NCBI GenBank assembly: GCA_964430735.1
Contig: CAYSFB010000004.1
Span: 104,040-168,039, forward strand
DNA length: 64,000 nucleotides
Origin: an uncultured Planctomycetia bacterium
Lineage (GTDB): Bacteria > Omnitrophota > Gorgyraeia > 2-02-FULL-51-18 > JAGOUK01
Direction of reading: 5' to 3'
Position numbers and translations under genes: made by a program. Positions 19,441 to 28,712 of this stretch are shown here, one piece after another. Numbering within the stretch: position 1 is the stretch's first letter; every line of letters starts with the position of its first letter. The notes beneath the pieces were generated by a model, which did not search any database, was not told the DNA's origin, and saw nothing but the letters and a program-made list of their open reading frames with translations.

Positions 19441-20375
19441 ATCGATCCGTTTGTATCGCGATTCTGAACTGGCGCGGAAAAAAATATCTGGGTGAATTGC
19501 TGCCGTCGGTCGTGGCGGCTGCCGCCCGGTATCCGGGAAAGGCGGACGTTATTTTTTTGGATAATAACGGGCCAGACCAAGAGGATCGTGAATGGGTGAA
19601 AAAGCACCATGGTTCCGTCAGAATTGTGGCGGCCCCGTCCAATGATTATCTGTTCTCCTACAATGAGCTTCTCAAGAGCTCCGGCTACGACATTTTTATC
19701 TTGTTGAACAATGACATTGCGGTTGAGGAGGGGTTCGTGATGCCGTTGGCGGCGCATTTTGACGATCCTTCAGTTTTTTCGGTCAGCGCCAGATCCTTCA
19801 GCTGGGACCGCTCGGCTGTTACATCAGGCCCCTTTCTTCTCCGTAAGCATCGAACGCATTATTTCTTTACGCCGGATTACCGGAATCAGAATACCGTTTA
19901 CACGCTTTTCGCCTGCGGCGGTTTTATGGCGGTGGACCGCTCCAAATTCCTCGAGCTCGGAGGGTTCGACCGCCTGTATTACCCGGCTTACGGAGAGGAG
20001 ATGGACCTTTGTTTCAGGGCCTGGCTACGAGGATGGTCTTCGATCTATGAACCGCGGAGTACGGTGAGGCACTGGGGAAGCGGTTCTTGGGGAGGGGATG
20101 AGCATCCGGGCGGGAGCAGCGAGCATCTGAATCTAAGATCGGCCTTTTTATTCCAGTGGCGGTATCTGGCGCATTTGGACGGCAAAGCCGCGCGATTTTT
20201 GTATGACCGGTGGTGTTGGATCAGGGCTTTTCTCAGACGGGACCAGGCGTGGATCGATTCCTTCCGGGAAGCGCGACAGGTGTGGAGATCCAGGGGCGGG
20301 GAGGCGAAGCGGGTCCGGGTCAGCCGGGTCGAATTGGAACGGATCGTACAAGCCATCGGAAGGAGGGTTGCATGA
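19437..20375 (+). CDS. Family 2 glycosyltransferase
   Basis: Taking the internal ATG gives MNRSVCIAILNWRGKKYLGELLPS...IFLDNNGPD...LLNNDIAVEE. This carries the GT-A DxD-type signature. The start overlaps the upstream stop (ATGA). Confidence 0.7.
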   Translation: MNRSVCIAILNWRGKKYLGELLPSVVAAAARYPGKADVIFLDNNGPDQEDREWVKKHHGSVRIVAAPSNDYLFSYNELLKSSGYDIFILLNNDIAVEEGFVMPLAAHFDDPSVFSVSARSFSWDRSAVTSGPFLLRKHRTHYFFTPDYRNQNTVYTLFACGGFMAVDRSKFLELGGFDRLYYPAYGEEMDLCFRAWLRGWSSIYEPRSTVRHWGSGSWGGDEHPGGSSEHLNLRSAFLFQWRYLAHLDGKAARFLYDRWCWIRAFLRRDQAWIDSFREARQVWRSRGGEAKRVRVSRVELERIVQAIGRRVA

Positions 20376-21301
20376 TCCCGAAGCCGAATTTTTTTATCGT
20401 GGGATCGGCCAAATGCGGGACCTCGACATTGGCTCGGATTTTGGACCAGCATCCGGACTGCTGCATGAGCCGTCCGAAGGAGACCTGCTTCTTCAGTTTT
20501 GATCATCTCTATGAACAAGGGTGGGATTGGTATCAGACCGCCTTTGCTCATTACAATCGTGAGATTGCCATCGGGGATGCAACGCCCACTTATTCCACGA
20601 TGCCGTTTTATCCGGATTGTGCCGAAAGGATCCATGCCTTCAACCCTGCGGCCAAGATCATCTATATCGTCCGCCGCCCGATGGCAAAACTCATATCGGG
20701 ATGGCGGATGCATCACCATACGGACAGTCTGCCGGAAGACCAAAAGCGCGACATGATCCGGACGTTATACACCGAACCGTTGAGATTCGATCCATCCGCA
20801 ATGTGGAAATCCGCGGGCGAAGGCTTCGAGCGCTGGGTGATGAACTCAGTGAGGGGCAGTGTTCTGGACGATTGCCTTTATGATTATCAGTTGGAAGCTT
20901 ACCGCAGGGTCTTCCCGGACAGCGCGATCATGGTCGTCTTTCTCGAGGATTGGGTCAGCGATCCGAGGAAGGAATACGAGCGTCTTTGTGTCCATCTGTC
21001 GCTGTCTCCGGGTAACCTCAGCGAGTCGGACCTGCGGGGATACAACCGCGCGGATGACCGTATGGTTGAGAGGGCCTATTTCGCGTCTTTGCGCCGGTCG
21101 CCTTGGATCGGCCGGTTCAAGGGCCTGGTGCCCGTGAACGTGAGATACCGGATCGGGAGAATGATCGGCATCAAATCAGTCGAGCCTCCGGAGCCCGATA
21201 TATCGGACCGTTTGCGGGCCGAGATCCGGGAATACCTCTGCCGGGACACGGAGAGGTTCTTGAGCCAATATGGAAAACCGGCGGATTTTTGGCAGTGGTA
21301 A
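20372..21301 (+). CDS. PAPS-dependent sulfotransferase
   Basis: An AGGAGGG RBS is present. The 5-prime-PSB motif is FFIVGSAKCGTSTL and the 3-prime-PB motif is YIVRRPMAKLISGW. Confidence 0.75.
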   Translation: MIPKPNFFIVGSAKCGTSTLARILDQHPDCCMSRPKETCFFSFDHLYEQGWDWYQTAFAHYNREIAIGDATPTYSTMPFYPDCAERIHAFNPAAKIIYIVRRPMAKLISGWRMHHHTDSLPEDQKRDMIRTLYTEPLRFDPSAMWKSAGEGFERWVMNSVRGSVLDDCLYDYQLEAYRRVFPDSAIMVVFLEDWVSDPRKEYERLCVHLSLSPGNLSESDLRGYNRADDRMVERAYFASLRRSPWIGRFKGLVPVNVRYRIGRMIGIKSVEPPEPDISDRLRAEIREYLCRDTERFLSQYGKPADFWQW

Positions 21302-21333
21302 CCGATTCCATCGGACGCCAAGGCCGAATTTCC

Positions 21334-22275
21334 GTGATCACACCTCTTTATAACAAGGCGTCCTACATCGAGGCGACCGTGGGATCGGTCCTGGCGCAGA
21401 CCTGCACGGATTGGGAATGGCTGATCGTCGACAATAATTCGACGGACGGGAGCGTCGAACGGGTTCGCCGGTTCGGCGATCCGAGGATCCGGCTGATGCA
21501 TTGCGCGAAACAGGGGCCCGGCGCGGCGCGCAACCGGGGATTTGACGAAGCGTGCGGAGAGTGGATACTGCTGCTCGACGCGGACGACTTGCTGGAGCCT
21601 TCGTATCTTCAAAAGCAGCTGGAGACAGCGGAAAGGCATCCGGATGCCAGTCTGGCAGCCTCGGCCTGGTGCCAATTTGAATCGGAAGATCCGTCCCGGG
21701 TTAAAATGGTCGAGCCCGCGGGATTGCGCATGTCGCCGCAGGCGCTCAAGGATTATTCAATCGCTTTTTGCCCGTGGGCGCCGCACGCAGCGATTTTTAA
21801 GCGGTCGCTGTTGTCGGATCGGGAGGCTTATTTTTCTGAGGAGCTGGACGCGTTTGCCGCGGAAGACCTGAACTTCTGGTTCAAGATTCTGGATCGATCG
21901 GAGGTCGTATTCGGCGGCTATGCAGGCGCGCGCTACCGGTATCACGTACCGCAAAGCCGCAACCCGGATCAGGATATCGTCAAATGGTTCGAGGCGCTCG
22001 ATCGCACGGTCCGCTTGAATTTAAGTTACTTGTCGAGGCATTCGCGCGCCTTGTCCGACGATCACCGCGAGCATTTGGTGCGTTTGTATTCCGGTTTGTA
22101 CGCGCAGGCGAATCGCGCGGGAAACAAGGATGTTGCGAGACTGGCGCGTTGCGAATCCGGAAAGTGGCTGAGGGAATATCTGGAGCATGCGCGCAAACCC
22201 AAAAAATCCATGCGGCTGCGCGCACTTTTCGGACCCGCAATTTATAGCCGGGCCATGGCTGCGTTCGGGCGGTAG
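21334..22275 (+). CDS. Family 2 glycosyltransferase
   Basis: The sequence reads ISVITPLYNKASYIEATVGSVLAQTCTDWEWLIVDNNSTDGS...ARNRGFDEACGEWILLLDADD. A GTG start is chosen after the sulfotransferase stop; the track ORF starts further upstream. Confidence 0.7.
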   Translation: MITPLYNKASYIEATVGSVLAQTCTDWEWLIVDNNSTDGSVERVRRFGDPRIRLMHCAKQGPGAARNRGFDEACGEWILLLDADDLLEPSYLQKQLETAERHPDASLAASAWCQFESEDPSRVKMVEPAGLRMSPQALKDYSIAFCPWAPHAAIFKRSLLSDREAYFSEELDAFAAEDLNFWFKILDRSEVVFGGYAGARYRYHVPQSRNPDQDIVKWFEALDRTVRLNLSYLSRHSRALSDDHREHLVRLYSGLYAQANRAGNKDVARLARCESGKWLREYLEHARKPKKSMRLRALFGPAIYSRAMAAFGR

Positions 22276-22336
22276 CAGGGATTGTGCCGAGAGAAGCTCC
22301 AAGAAGCTTTTATATAGAAGGAACCAAATAAGACTT

Positions 22337-23578
22337 ATGGAAAAATCATGCATGAATTGCCGCGGCGGCAATCTGGTCGAATTCATCGATTTGGGCAATC
22401 AGCCGAACGGGAACAATTTTCCGTTGCCCGGATCCCGGGAGGCGGAACCGCTCCTTTCCATGGCCATGAAGGTCTGCCAGGATTGCTGGCAGGTGCAGAT
22501 TTCCCAGTTTCCGGAACAGGAATTTCTTTTTACGGACCACCCGTATATTACCGGGGTCAACGTGCCGATCGTCCAGCACTTCGAGCGGCTTTCGGGCCAT
22601 CTGGTCCAAAAACTCGGGTTGAAGCCGCAATCGCTGGTGATGGACATCGGCTGCAACGACGGAACCCTTCTCAAGGCGTTCGAAGTGCGGGGCATGCGCG
22701 TCGTCGGCGTCGATCCCAGCGGCCGGGTTGGCGAGTTGGCACGGTTGAACGGAATCAACGTGTTTCACACCTTCTGGAATCTGCAGGCGGGGAAGAGCTT
22801 GAAGCAGCTCAATCTGCTCCCGGATCTCATCACTGCGACCGCCGTTTTTTATCACGTGCCGGACCTTCATGACTTCGTTCTGGGCTTGAGGGAGGTGATG
22901 CACGAAAAAACGGTATTCGCCGTTCAGTGCGTCAACCTGAAGGACTTGATCGAAAAAAATCAATTCGACCATTTTTATCACGAACACAGCTGCATCCATG
23001 CGATCGCTCCGCTCAAACGTTTGTTCGGGGAGCACGGTTTGCGGCTGCTGGACGTCGAATTCATCGATATTCACGGAGGTTCTTTCGTCTTGTACGTCGG
23101 CCTCGATTCCAACCCGACCCCGACCAGCCCGGCGGTTCAGAATGCGATCGATCTCGAAAAACGGGCGGGGCTGGACAAGCTGGAGACTTACCGGGAATTC
23201 GCCCGGCGCACGCGGCAAAATGCGGATCAGCTGGTCGGGCTTTTGCGCCAGCTCAAGAAGGACGGCAAGCGGGTTTATGCTTTGGGCGCGCCGGCAAAGG
23301 GCAGCACGCTTCTGAACTATTGTCAGATAGGCCCCGACCTCGTCCAATGCGCGACGGAAGTGAACCCGTTCAAGATCGGCCGCCTGACGCCTGGAACCCA
23401 CATTCCAGTGGTTGATGAAAAAAACGTGCAGGACGATCCGGAGTATTACCTGATTTTGTCTTGGAACTTCCTGGACTACCTGATCGTCAAATACAAATCC
23501 TATCTGATGAGGGGCGGCAAGTTCATCGTGCCGATTCCGACCATCCGCGTTCTCTCGTTCGATACGGTGGGCCGGTGA
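22337..23578 (+). CDS. Sugar C-methyltransferase (TylC3/NovU-like: N-terminal Cys4 zinc domain plus class I SAM MTase)
   Basis: The zinc ligands are CMNCRGGN...CQDCWQVQ and the SAM motif I is VMDIGCNDGTLL. The architecture is that of C-3 methyltransferases acting on NDP-4-keto-6-deoxyhexoses. Confidence 0.65.
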   Translation: MEKSCMNCRGGNLVEFIDLGNQPNGNNFPLPGSREAEPLLSMAMKVCQDCWQVQISQFPEQEFLFTDHPYITGVNVPIVQHFERLSGHLVQKLGLKPQSLVMDIGCNDGTLLKAFEVRGMRVVGVDPSGRVGELARLNGINVFHTFWNLQAGKSLKQLNLLPDLITATAVFYHVPDLHDFVLGLREVMHEKTVFAVQCVNLKDLIEKNQFDHFYHEHSCIHAIAPLKRLFGEHGLRLLDVEFIDIHGGSFVLYVGLDSNPTPTSPAVQNAIDLEKRAGLDKLETYREFARRTRQNADQLVGLLRQLKKDGKRVYALGAPAKGSTLLNYCQIGPDLVQCATEVNPFKIGRLTPGTHIPVVDEKNVQDDPEYYLILSWNFLDYLIVKYKSYLMRGGKFIVPIPTIRVLSFDTVGR

Positions 23579-24528
23579 TGGCGGAGGGAGCGGTGAAACA
23601 CGCGGTGGTGACGGGCGCAACGGGGTTTATCGGCAGCGTTCTGCTTGAGAGACTGAAGCGCGAAGGTGGCGGGGATTCCTCTGTTACGGGACTCGGCTCG
23701 AAAGACGTCGACCTGACCGACGGCGGGGCGTCCTTTGCCTGGTTCAAACAGCAGTCGCTCAAGCACAAGGTCAGCCATATTTTTCATCTGGCCGCCGTTT
23801 ACAAGGCGGGAGGATGGCCGGCCGCGCATCCGGCGACTCAATTTTATGCGAACATGTCGATCAATGTGAATTTACTGGAAGCGTGGGCGCGGCACTGTCC
23901 CAAGGCCCGGCTCGCCAGCGTTTTATCCTACTGCATGTACCCGCCGCACGACCGGCCGCATCCGGAAACCGAACTTCAGGGGACGGAGCCGGAAGAATAT
24001 TTGTACAGCTACGCCATGACCAAAAAATCCCTTTTGATCGGCCAGCGCGCGTACCGACAGGAGTATGGGATGAGCTGCACCGCCGTCATCCTGCCGACCG
24101 TGTACGGGCCGAACGACAGCTTCGCCGAAGATTCCCATGTGATGGGCGCCATGATCGGAAAGTTTGTCCGGGCCGCCCGGTCGGGAGCGGATACGGTGGA
24201 AGTGTGGGGAGACGGTCTGCAGGAACGGGAGTTCCTCTATGTCGACGACGCGGTTGACGGATTAATCACGGCCGCAGCCAAATCGCAGGCGGATGTCCTG
24301 AATCTGGGTGCCGGCCGGACGCATTCGATCCGGGAGATTGCGGACTTGATTGCAAAAGCCTCCGGGTTCAAAGGGAAGATTCAGTACAACCCGGCCCGCT
24401 TTACCGGTGTTTTGAAGCGCTCGCTGGATTCGAGCCGCGCCGCCCGCGAGCTCGGCTGGACCGCGCAAACTTCCATAGAGACGGGGATTCAAAAGACGGT
24501 GCAGTGGTATGAGCGCCATCTCGGTTAA
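23578..24528 (+). CDS. GDP-L-fucose synthase-like NDP-4-keto-6-deoxyhexose 3,5-epimerase/4-reductase
   Basis: The Rossmann motif is VTGATGFIGS. The blocks HLAAVYKAGGW, SYCMYPP, LPTVYGPNDSF, VWGDGLQEREFLYVDDAV and ARELGW are collinear with Fcl/WcaG. The start overlaps the upstream stop (TGATG). Confidence 0.7.
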   Translation: MAEGAVKHAVVTGATGFIGSVLLERLKREGGGDSSVTGLGSKDVDLTDGGASFAWFKQQSLKHKVSHIFHLAAVYKAGGWPAAHPATQFYANMSINVNLLEAWARHCPKARLASVLSYCMYPPHDRPHPETELQGTEPEEYLYSYAMTKKSLLIGQRAYRQEYGMSCTAVILPTVYGPNDSFAEDSHVMGAMIGKFVRAARSGADTVEVWGDGLQEREFLYVDDAVDGLITAAAKSQADVLNLGAGRTHSIREIADLIAKASGFKGKIQYNPARFTGVLKRSLDSSRAARELGWTAQTSIETGIQKTVQWYERHLG

Positions 24529-25636
24529 ATTCAAGTCTGCGCTCAAGGCCGCCGGCGGCGTCTTATGGCCGGAGTATTATTATCGGCTCACTCCGGCAAT
24601 GAGCGCAGTCCTTCGTCAGTCGCGGCTCATCGTGGCGGACGCAGGTTCGTGCGGCGGGCCGGATGTCCGGTGGCTTCCGCTGAAGGGCCTGGTGCATTTC
24701 CTGGCCTTTGAGCCGGATGCCCGTTCCTCCCAAACTTCCCCGGACGCCAATTGCACATATTTTGCGGTCGGGCTGGGCCGGCGTAAGGAAACGCGTCCGC
24801 TTCATTTGACCCAATTTCCGCCGGCCTCGTCGCTTTATCCTTTGAATCAGGAACGCCTCAAGGACTTTGCAAACCGGGAGTGGCATCAGGTGACCGGATC
24901 CAGTCTGATTCCGCTCGATACGATGGACGCCTGTCTGGCGGACCGTCCCGATCTGGCGCCGGACTTTTTAAAGGTGGACGTCGAAGGCGCGGATTTGGAC
25001 GTCCTGAATGGGGCGTCGGGACTGTTGGCGGCCGGCATTCTGGGCGTTCAGGCGGAGGTGACGTTTTTGGAGCGGCATCTCGGGGCTCCGTTTTTCGGGG
25101 AGACGGACCAGTTCCTGCGGAGCAGGGGGTATGAGCTTTTTGCGCTGCTGCGCGAGCGCTGGCTGCGGACGAATCGGACCTATGGAGCCAATTCCAATCC
25201 CCAAATCGTTTGGGCGGATGCCGTTTATTTTTTAAATCGAGAATCCATGCTCCGCCGGCTCCAGGAAAGTTCGCCGGACGGTAGGAGGATTCTTTTGGTC
25301 AAATTCGTGACGTTGCTGCTTTGTTACGGGGCGCATGATTATGCCGTCGAAATAACGGACGCGGCCCGGTCTGCGGGTCTTGCGGACGCTGCGGATGCGG
25401 AAGATCTCAAGAGGGCCGTCGAGCAGTCGGTTCGAGGCTTTGCCGACGTTTTGATCCGTTCCGCCCTCGGTGCTGTTTTGTCTCTTTGCCTTTGGATCGT
25501 GTCGCTTCCGTTTGCGCGGGCCCGGAACCGCGCTTTGCAGTACTTGAAAAGACATGTGTCCGAATGTTCCGACGCTCTGTCCCGATTCTCGAACCGTTGC
25601 GGAGTGAACGGTTCATGCGTGCCGGACGCCAGATGA
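24509..25636 (+). CDS. FkbM-family methyltransferase
   Basis: The segment FLKVDVEGADLDVLNGASGLL is an FkbM signature. Confidence 0.7.
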   Translation: MSAISVKFKSALKAAGGVLWPEYYYRLTPAMSAVLRQSRLIVADAGSCGGPDVRWLPLKGLVHFLAFEPDARSSQTSPDANCTYFAVGLGRRKETRPLHLTQFPPASSLYPLNQERLKDFANREWHQVTGSSLIPLDTMDACLADRPDLAPDFLKVDVEGADLDVLNGASGLLAAGILGVQAEVTFLERHLGAPFFGETDQFLRSRGYELFALLRERWLRTNRTYGANSNPQIVWADAVYFLNRESMLRRLQESSPDGRRILLVKFVTLLLCYGAHDYAVEITDAARSAGLADAADAEDLKRAVEQSVRGFADVLIRSALGAVLSLCLWIVSLPFARARNRALQYLKRHVSECSDALSRFSNRCGVNGSCVPDAR

Positions 25637-26850
25637 CTGCCGAGAAGCGCCTTCTGATCGTCGAGGAGGCTCTGAAGGATCGCCGGGGGCATTGGTACGA
25701 ATACGATAAAGCGGTCCGGTCGATCAACGCTGCGCGCGGAGTGAGCGTCGTAGTTGCGGCGCATCAGTCGGTCGCTCCGGAAATTATGACCGAGCTCAAT
25801 GCGGCGCCAGTTTTCCGGTATACGAATTGGGATCAGATCTATTACAGCGCCCGCCCGTTCAAACGGTACTGGGGCGTTCTCGTGCACAACTGGCGGGTTT
25901 GGCGCGCGATGGACCGGTTTCTGAAAGACTCGGAGCCCTTCGACCATATTTTTGTGCCGACCGTCGCCGTTTTTCACCTCGCCGCCTGGTTTTTTCTGTG
26001 CATGCGGCACAAAAATAAAAAATTTAAACGGCTGACACTTCTTTTTCGAAACAATGCCGGACGTTATGTTGCGGGACAATCCCGGCCGGTGTTCAAGCGG
26101 TCGTCCTACATCCTGCGACAGTTGCTCCGCAGCTTCGGACCCTGGGTTCGGGACGGCGCGGTTTGTCTGGCCACGGACAGCTCCAGACTCTCGGCCGAGT
26201 ATACCGCGCTCTGCGGACTGCCTTTTCAAACTTTTCCACATGCGCTGATCCGGACGCACACGGCGACAGTCCACTTGCGGAAGTCCGGGGATCCGGTCGT
26301 TTTGGCGTGTCTGGGTCCGGCGCGTCTCGAAAAGGGTATTGACCTGCTGGAGAAGGCCGTCCGGTTATTGCTGGATCGGAAGCCGGAATTGAATGTCCGG
26401 TACGTCATCCAGTGGAATCAGGAATTGCGGACATTGGACGGCGGCCGAATCGAGCCTGATTCGGGGCTCGTGAAGAGCGGCCGGGTGGATTATTTGACCC
26501 GCGAACTCTCCAGCGACGAGTATGACCGGCAGCTTCTCAGAGCGGACTGCATGGTGCTGCCCTATCGCCGGGAATCCTACTGCGCCCGAATTTCGGGCGT
26601 GGCTCTCGAGGCGATGGCCGCCGGGATTCCGCTGATCTACACCCGGGATACCTGGATGGAGGACGCCGTTCTGGCTCACGGGGCGGGTCTGGCGGTTGAA
26701 GACGAAAGCGCCGAAGACCTCGCGGACAAAATTACCGAGATGGTCTCCCGCGCGGATGAGTTCAGGGCCGCCGCTGCCCGGCGTTCTGCCGCCGCAGTCG
26801 AACATCATTCGCCCGAGCGTTTGATGGCCGCATTATGGGGCGGGGCGTGA
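25633..26850 (+). CDS. GT-B fold glycosyltransferase (GT1/GT4-like)
   Basis: The C-terminal half LPYRRESYCARISGVALEAMAAGIPLIYTRDTWMEDAV resembles a GT4 EX7E region. The start is chosen at the ATGA overlap. Confidence 0.6.
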   Translation: MTAEKRLLIVEEALKDRRGHWYEYDKAVRSINAARGVSVVVAAHQSVAPEIMTELNAAPVFRYTNWDQIYYSARPFKRYWGVLVHNWRVWRAMDRFLKDSEPFDHIFVPTVAVFHLAAWFFLCMRHKNKKFKRLTLLFRNNAGRYVAGQSRPVFKRSSYILRQLLRSFGPWVRDGAVCLATDSSRLSAEYTALCGLPFQTFPHALIRTHTATVHLRKSGDPVVLACLGPARLEKGIDLLEKAVRLLLDRKPELNVRYVIQWNQELRTLDGGRIEPDSGLVKSGRVDYLTRELSSDEYDRQLLRADCMVLPYRRESYCARISGVALEAMAAGIPLIYTRDTWMEDAVLAHGAGLAVEDESAEDLADKITEMVSRADEFRAAAARRSAAAVEHHSPERLMAALWGGA

Positions 26851-28010
26851 AGATTCTTTATTATTCTCCCGCCGCTCACGGCGGCATCGCCGACTATGCG
26901 CACGAACAGGCGAACGCCTTGGCGGATCTGGGGACGGAAGTGACGCTGTTGTGCACGCCGCGTTATGTCCGGGGCCGCGGTGAGAAGTACGCGATCGCGG
27001 CTGATTTGAAGGACGCGGGCTCATTTTTGGCCGGTGCGCCCCGCTGGCTGAAGCGCGTGGATTATGTCCGGGCGACCCTTCGTAACTTTAAGACGCTCGC
27101 CCGGCAGATCAAGGCTTCCGGCTCGAACTACGTTCTGCTCGGATCCTATCAGGAATATCTGGCGCCTCTCTGGGCGCCGGAGTTCAAGAAATTGGCGGCG
27201 CGGGGAGTCGTATTCGGGGCTATCCTGCACGATCCGGTCCGGGATTACGTCGTCGGCCCTCGCGGGTGGCATCGGTGGTCGGTCGCGGAAGGGTATTCTT
27301 TTCTGAGAGAGGCCTTTGTGCACGAGCCGATTCAGCTCGATACGGTCCGGCCCGTCCCCGGCTTGCGGACGACGGTGATTCCCATGGGACCCTTTCGCCA
27401 GACCGCCTCCCGGCGCACCCGCGAAGAGATGAGGCGGAGTCTGGATCTTCCCGGCGATGCGCCGGTGCTGCTGGCCTTCGGACATATCCATCCCAACCGG
27501 AAGAATCTCGATCTGATCATTCACTCTCTGAAGCATCATCCGTCCGTTTATCTCGTGGTCGCCGGGAGCGACGAGTCGACGGGGCAAAAGGTGGTCGAGG
27601 CGTATAAAAAACTGGCGGCCGATCTTGGCGTGGCTGACCGCTGCCGTTGGCATATCGACTATATCCCGAACGAATGTGCGGGGGATTATTTTGTCGCGGC
27701 GGACCTCGTGGCGCTGGTCTACAAGGGAATGTTCCGCTCGGCCAGCGCGGTGCTGAATGTCGCCGCCGTTTACCGGAAACCCTGTATCGCCTCGTCCGGC
27801 GCCGGAAACCTCCGATCCGTCGTCGAAAAATACCGGCTGGGGGTTTGGGTGGAACCCGATAATCTGGATACGCTGGTTTCCGGCATCCGGCGTTGTCTGG
27901 ATTCCGGGACGGTTCCGGACTGGGACAGGTACCTGGCCGAAAATTCATGGGAAACAAACGCGGCGGCGGTGATCGAAAAAATGGAAGCGCCGGGGAGATT
28001 GCGCTCATGA
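26835..28010 (+). CDS. Family 4 glycosyltransferase
   Basis: The sequence reads VVAGSDES...ADLVALVYKGMFRSASAVLNVAAVYRKPCIASSGAGNLRSVVE. Confidence 0.65.
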   Translation: MGRGVKILYYSPAAHGGIADYAHEQANALADLGTEVTLLCTPRYVRGRGEKYAIAADLKDAGSFLAGAPRWLKRVDYVRATLRNFKTLARQIKASGSNYVLLGSYQEYLAPLWAPEFKKLAARGVVFGAILHDPVRDYVVGPRGWHRWSVAEGYSFLREAFVHEPIQLDTVRPVPGLRTTVIPMGPFRQTASRRTREEMRRSLDLPGDAPVLLAFGHIHPNRKNLDLIIHSLKHHPSVYLVVAGSDESTGQKVVEAYKKLAADLGVADRCRWHIDYIPNECAGDYFVAADLVALVYKGMFRSASAVLNVAAVYRKPCIASSGAGNLRSVVEKYRLGVWVEPDNLDTLVSGIRRCLDSGTVPDWDRYLAENSWETNAAAVIEKMEAPGRLRS

Positions 28011-28705
28011 ACGGAGGCATGTACGGAAGCGGCGAGTATGTGGATAAAAACCCTTCTTGGCATTCCGAAGATTCCGAATGGAAGGCCGGTCAGATTCTCA
28101 AAATGATGGACCGGAATCGGCTGCTCCCGAATTCGATGTGCGAGGTCGGCTGCGGCGCCGGCGAGATATTAAACGGTCTGCACAACCGGATGCCGAAGCA
28201 CGTTGTATTTTCGGGTTATGAGATCTCGCCGCAAGCGTTCGACATATGCCGGCAGAAAGAAAAAGAACGACTGAAGTATTATCGCGGGAACATGCTCGAG
28301 TCCGAGACCCCTTATTCCGACATCGCCCTGGCGATCGACGTCTTTGAACATGTGGAGGATTATCGGGGGTTTCTCCGTCAATTGCGCCTGAAGGCAGCGC
28401 ACAAAATTTTCCACATTCCGTTGGACTTGTCGGTCTCGAGCGTTTTGCGGGGCTCGCCTTTGGCAAACGCCCGGAAGCGCGTCGGACACATCCATTATTT
28501 TACGAAAGAGACCGCGATCGAGACGCTGAAGGACACCGGCTACGAGATCCTCGACCATTTTTATACCGCAGGATCGATAGATCTTCCCTCGAAGTCCCTG
28601 GCGGCTTCACTGGCCCGGCTGCCGAGGCAAATGATCTACCGCCTCCACCCGGACACGGCGGTCCGATGGCTGGGCGGATATTCGCTTATGGTGCTGGCAA
28701 GGTAG
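28007..28705 (+). CDS. Class I SAM-dependent methyltransferase
   Basis: Motif I is CEVGCGAGEIL, the acidic residue after beta2 is in SGYEIS, and a later motif is IDVFEHV. The start is an ATGA overlap. Confidence 0.7.
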   Translation: MNGGMYGSGEYVDKNPSWHSEDSEWKAGQILKMMDRNRLLPNSMCEVGCGAGEILNGLHNRMPKHVVFSGYEISPQAFDICRQKEKERLKYYRGNMLESETPYSDIALAIDVFEHVEDYRGFLRQLRLKAAHKIFHIPLDLSVSSVLRGSPLANARKRVGHIHYFTKETAIETLKDTGYEILDHFYTAGSIDLPSKSLAASLARLPRQMIYRLHPDTAVRWLGGYSLMVLAR

Positions 28706-28712
28706 CGCACCC

